Positions 60,268-64,000 of a DNA stretch of 64,000 nt are shown piece by piece. The first letter of the stretch is position 1, and every line of letters begins with the position of its first letter. The notes under the pieces were generated by a model. The model was not told the DNA's origin. It did not search any database and saw only the letters and a list, made by a program, of their open reading frames with translations. This DNA comes from an uncultured Hymenobacter sp. (GTDB lineage: Bacteria > Bacteroidota > Bacteroidia > Cytophagales > Hymenobacteraceae), in assembly GCA_913776615.1 (NCBI GenBank), contig CAJYPK010000053.1, positions 9,778 to 73,777 on the forward strand, in the 5' to 3' direction. The position numbers were made by a program, and so were the translations under genes.

Positions 60268-62454
60268 ATGCAAGTTCTTGAAAAAGTTAAATCCCACCGC
60301 TCTGCGGGCCGGATTTCTGGTAGAGTATTCGCTTCAGTACTTGTATTGCTGCTCTTGTGGGGACACGTAAGAGTGCGGGCGGCAGCATTTTATTCAAGTG
60401 GGGCACCAGTCAATACTTCTTCCAAGCAAGTGTGCGTGCTGAATAGCTGCACAACTATTATCGATACCAACGTAAGCGCGTCGGCGGGGGGCGTGAGCAT
60501 CTCGGCGGCGGTAAACCTGCCTACGTCGGGGGCTACGCGGTTGCGCTACCAGCTACTCAGTGTCAACGGCACCGACCTGACGGGCTACCGGGCTGGTATC
60601 CTGCTCTCTACTAATAGCACGCTGGTGGGAGGCAATGCGCTGAGCTCAGTAACCATCCGCACCTACCTCAGCACCGGCCCGACGCCCAGCGTAGCCCAGC
60701 AAGACTCCACCATTAGCGGTACGGCCGCCGGGGCGCGCTTGCTGGCGGGCAAAGGCCAGCCCAGCCAGTTTGAGATTGTATCGACCAAGCCCTTCGACCA
60801 GGTTGAGGTAGAATTCGGGGCCGTGCTCAGCACGGGTACTACCGTGAACGTGCACTATGCCTACGCCGTAGGCCGTAATAAAGCCGCCCAGATCACCGGT
60901 CTCACTTCCAACTCAAGCTCTAGTACGCCGGGTCAGTACAGCACCAGCGGGGACTGCGCCGATAAAGTAGCAAATCCCGGTAATGCCGTCGATAACGACC
61001 AAACCAACTACGCTTCGTTCAGCAGCCTGGCTTCAGTGTTTTGCACGGCCCGTCTTACGGTGGGACTGAATGGCACCGCGCCGGCCAATTATAAAGCGGG
61101 CTTCGTGATTGGGCAAGCCAATAACCTGCTCGATGCCAGCGTGCTGAGTTCGCTGGTAATCAGAACTTACAAAAATGGCGTGTTGCAGGAGTCGGGTTCG
61201 GGCTCGTCGTTGCTGGGCCTGAGCGTGCTGCCCGATAATAAGTCGCTGGTGACGTTCCAGGCTACCAAGCAGTTCGATGCCGTGTCTATCGAGCGTAGTG
61301 ATGCCGTGGCGGCCCTCGACAACCTGCGCCTCTACTACGGTGTGGGAGTGGCCTCGACTTCGCCGCAGCAAACCATTTCCAGCTTCCCGGCTTCCGAAAG
61401 CTCGCAGCACGCCGTAGCGTCCTCCAACGGGACGGCCTGCGTAGGCTGCTCGGTAACCAATCCCAGCAGCGCCGCTGGTGATCCCAATTCGGCGGCTACC
61501 ATCAACGTCGGGGTAGGGGTGAACAACTGGTCGGGCCTGCGTCTCGACCTCAACGGTACCGGCCAGGCTGGCAACCGCGCCGGTATGGTGCTAGGCAACA
61601 ACAGCCTGCTCGACCTAGCCGCCCTCAGCCGCGTAACGCTGGTAACGTACGACGCGGCCGGCAACGTACTGGAAACTGCCAACGGCTCGTCGCTCATCAA
61701 GCTGAACGTGCTGCCCGATGGCCGCCAAACGGTAAGCTTCAACACGACCAAGGATTTTGCCAAAGTTGGTATTCAAATCAGCGGCCTGGTTAATGCCGTG
61801 AGCAACACCAGCGTATACTACGCCTTCTCCGACAGCTCCAACGGGTCGCTGAGCATTGTCGCGCCCACCAACCCGCTGCCCGTTACCCTCACTGCCTTCT
61901 CGGTGCGCCGGGCACCCGGGACCGGCATCGCCCTCCTCACCTGGACTACGGCTTCGGAGCTGAACAGCGCCAGCTTTGTGGTGGAGCGCTCTACCAACCC
62001 CAACACGGGCTTTGTAGCCGTAGGGCAGGTAGCAGCGGCTGGCAACAGCACGATGACCCGTACCTACGCCCTGCAAGACGCCGAGGCGGCCACCTTTACA
62101 ACTACTGCCTACTACCGTCTGCGCCAGGTAGATCAGGATGGTAGCGCTCACTTCTCGGCCGTGGTCGTACTCAACGTCGGCGCTGCTCCGACGAGCCTCA
62201 CGCTCTACCCCAACCCTGCCGCGGCCGGTACGTCGCAGGTGACCGTTAGCGCGGCAGTGGCCCCGGGTTACTCCATCAACCTGTACTCTACGATGGGCCA
62301 GTTGCTGAGCACCCGCACGATCAGCAGCGAGGGTCTTGCGGCCCCGCTGTCGGTATCGACTACTGGCTTGGCGGCCGGGATCTACCACGTCGTGTTGCGC
62401 AATGCCAATGGCCAGCCCGTCGGCTCGCAACGCTTGCTGGTGGCCGGCCAGTAA
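60268..62454 (+). CDS. T9SS-secreted protein with three ~160-aa related beta domains and a CTD
   Basis: Recurrent G.(R/K)AG...L.....L..V...TY....Q/E...S...L......(F/V)..TK.F motif x3. PLPVTLTAF...YYRLRQVDQDG...LYPNP...GIYHVVL CTD. Likely ATG 60268. Confidence 0.87.
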   Translation: MQVLEKVKSHRSAGRISGRVFASVLVLLLLWGHVRVRAAAFYSSGAPVNTSSKQVCVLNSCTTIIDTNVSASAGGVSISAAVNLPTSGATRLRYQLLSVNGTDLTGYRAGILLSTNSTLVGGNALSSVTIRTYLSTGPTPSVAQQDSTISGTAAGARLLAGKGQPSQFEIVSTKPFDQVEVEFGAVLSTGTTVNVHYAYAVGRNKAAQITGLTSNSSSSTPGQYSTSGDCADKVANPGNAVDNDQTNYASFSSLASVFCTARLTVGLNGTAPANYKAGFVIGQANNLLDASVLSSLVIRTYKNGVLQESGSGSSLLGLSVLPDNKSLVTFQATKQFDAVSIERSDAVAALDNLRLYYGVGVASTSPQQTISSFPASESSQHAVASSNGTACVGCSVTNPSSAAGDPNSAATINVGVGVNNWSGLRLDLNGTGQAGNRAGMVLGNNSLLDLAALSRVTLVTYDAAGNVLETANGSSLIKLNVLPDGRQTVSFNTTKDFAKVGIQISGLVNAVSNTSVYYAFSDSSNGSLSIVAPTNPLPVTLTAFSVRRAPGTGIALLTWTTASELNSASFVVERSTNPNTGFVAVGQVAAAGNSTMTRTYALQDAEAATFTTTAYYRLRQVDQDGSAHFSAVVVLNVGAAPTSLTLYPNPAAAGTSQVTVSAAVAPGYSINLYSTMGQLLSTRTISSEGLAAPLSVSTTGLAAGIYHVVLRNANGQPVGSQRLLVAGQ

Positions 62455-62490
62455 GAGCTTCCCGAGTGCTTATTTGATCAGCGCAAAACA

Positions 62491-62525
62491 AACTGCCCCG
62501 TGGTGCTCGGCGCCACGGGGCAGTT
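62491..62525. terminator. Hairpin between convergent genes
   Basis: aactgccccgtgg / ccacggggcagtt perfect 13-bp arms. Confidence 0.8.
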
Positions 62526-62592
62526 ACGTATTGGGCAATTAAAGGAAATTGATAGCTACCAGATTTCCCGTAGCGATAAACTAAAGCAGCCG

Positions 62593-63366
62593 CTAAGGAG
62601 CCAATTCAACCCAGGCGGGGCAGTGGTCGGAATGCACGGCATCGGGCCAGAGGCCGGCTGCCGCCAGGCGCGGCAGCAGGGCCTGGTCGAGCAGCAGGTG
62701 ATCGAGGCGCCAGCCTACGTTGCGCGCCCGCGAGCCAGCCCGGTAGCTCCACCACGAATAATGGCCCGTCGCCTCGGGGTGCAGCTGTCGGAAAGAGTCG
62801 ACGAAGCCGTCGGCCAGCAAATCCTTAAACCACTGCCGCTCTTCGGGCGTGTAGCCGGGGCTTTGCTGGTTGGCCTTGGGATTGTGCAGGTCGATGGCCG
62901 TCTGGCAGCAGTTAAAATCGCCGCCAATGACGAGCGGCGGCACGGCTGCATCTTGCCGCAGCCGCGCCACGTAGGCGCGAAACCAATGCAGCCACTGTAC
63001 CTTAAATGCCTGCCGCTCCGGCCCGCTCGTACCCGAGGGCATGTAGGTGTTCAGCACCGACACCCCCGCAAAATCGAGGCGCAGCACCCGGCCCTCGTCA
63101 TCGTAAAGCGGCTCGCCGCAGCCCGTGACAACCGCCAGCGGCTCCACCCGGCTAAAGGTGGCTACGCCGCTGTAGCCCGGCTTCTGGGCGGGGTGCAGGT
63201 AGGCGCGGTAGCCCAGCGCCGCGAGGCCACTCACGTCGAGCGGAGCCGTACCGGCTTTAATCTCCTGCACGCACAACACGTCGGGCTGGGTGGCGGCCAC
63301 CCAATCGAGTAGCCCCTTGCTCAGCGCCGAGCGCAGGCCATTGAGGTTATAAGAAACTATTTTCAA
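62593..63366 (-). CDS. xth: Exodeoxyribonuclease III / AP endonuclease
   Basis: MKIVSYNLNGLR, LCVQEIK, GYSGVA, EGRVL, GGDFN, YSWWSYR...GWRLDH, SDHCP. Confidence 0.96.
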   Translation of the reverse strand: MKIVSYNLNGLRSALSKGLLDWVAATQPDVLCVQEIKAGTAPLDVSGLAALGYRAYLHPAQKPGYSGVATFSRVEPLAVVTGCGEPLYDDEGRVLRLDFAGVSVLNTYMPSGTSGPERQAFKVQWLHWFRAYVARLRQDAAVPPLVIGGDFNCCQTAIDLHNPKANQQSPGYTPEERQWFKDLLADGFVDSFRQLHPEATGHYSWWSYRAGSRARNVGWRLDHLLLDQALLPRLAAAGLWPDAVHSDHCPAWVELAP

Positions 63367-63381
63367 AATAGATAGGCAATC

Positions 63382-63768
63382 TTACTGCTCGTCGTCGAGC
63401 GCGTCGAAATACTCCAGGATGTGCCATTTCAGCATCCGCTCCTGCTCCTTGAGGTTGGCAAAGGGTACGGGCACCAGCAGCCGGTAGTGCGGCCAGCCTT
63501 CGGCATCGACCCGCTCCAGCTCGTAGTGGCCACTGATACTGAAAAGCTTGCAAGTGGCAATGTGCATGAGATCCTGCTTCTGCTCCTTGGTAAAATCGGC
63601 CACGCCCTGCCCCAATTCCTGCACCCCGATGAGCAGCAGCAGCGCGTTGAGGTCGGGCCGCCGGCCAAAGCGCTCCTGCATAGTCGCGAGCAACCCGGCC
63701 CAGCGTTCGTTGAACTCGGCCTCGCTCTCCCCGTGGCTGGCCGCGTCGGGCCGGAGGCTAGTGCTCAT
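63382..63768 (-). CDS. Conserved-looking hypothetical protein
   Basis: FGRRPDLNALLLLIGVQELG...KQDLMHIATCKL...GWPHY. In an operon upstream of xth. Confidence 0.75.
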   Translation of the reverse strand: MSTSLRPDAASHGESEAEFNERWAGLLATMQERFGRRPDLNALLLLIGVQELGQGVADFTKEQKQDLMHIATCKLFSISGHYELERVDAEGWPHYRLLVPVPFANLKEQERMLKWHILEYFDALDDEQ

Positions 63769-64000
63769 GCGGCGGCTGGCTGGCCGTTTTAATTGCGTGC
63801 GGCGCGGCCAAGGCCGCTTCGGCGCGCAGCACCTCCCAGTACTCCACGGCGCGGCGGAAATGCGGTATCACGATGCTTCCGCCGATGAGGTTGGCAATGG
63901 AAAATACCTCAAACACTTCTTCGTCGGTAAGCCCTTCCTCGTGGCATTTGCCGAGGTGATACTTCACGCAGTCGTCGCAGCGTAGCACCAGCGAGCAGGC
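63758..64000 (-). CDS. Carboxymuconolactone decarboxylase / AhpD family protein, C-terminal part (gene starts beyond the window)
   Basis: ACSLVLRCDDCVKYH CxxC motif, GGSIVIPH. Frame is open to the window edge. Confidence 0.85.
   Translation of the reverse strand, partial: ACSLVLRCDDCVKYHLGKCHEEGLTDEEVFEVFSIANLIGGSIVIPHFRRAVEYWEVLRAEAALAAPHAIKTASQPPHEH

Overview
A GC-rich Bacteroidota chromosomal segment. It is most consistent with a Hymenobacter-like Cytophagales genome (inferred from five T9SS C-terminal sorting domains, TAnnTTTG -7 promoters and gene content). The backbone is housekeeping genes (gltX 3' part, rpoN, asnS, uvrA, lipA, gcvP, xth, osmC), interspersed with large repeat-built secreted or membrane proteins and a type III PKS / methyltransferase / flavoprotein trio. 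The strongest signal is at the uvrA 3' end. An exact 56-bp duplication of the last uvrA codons brackets a low-GC ~1 kb cassette that encodes an Abi_2/AbiF-like HEPN RNase and a candidate divergent ~100-nt non-coding RNA. A second, apparently decaying, toxin-antitoxin pair follows it. Other unannotated structure includes a 39-aa amphipathic peptide with a structured leader and its own terminator (type I toxin-like), two sigma-54 promoters driving paralogous secreted Gly/Pro/Tyr-rich proteins, three copies of a REP doublet, and a DUF2339-like protein with five tandem ~195-aa transmembrane modules. I found no rRNA, tRNA, CRISPR array, integrase or transposase. All family calls come from motif recognition by eye, not database searches.
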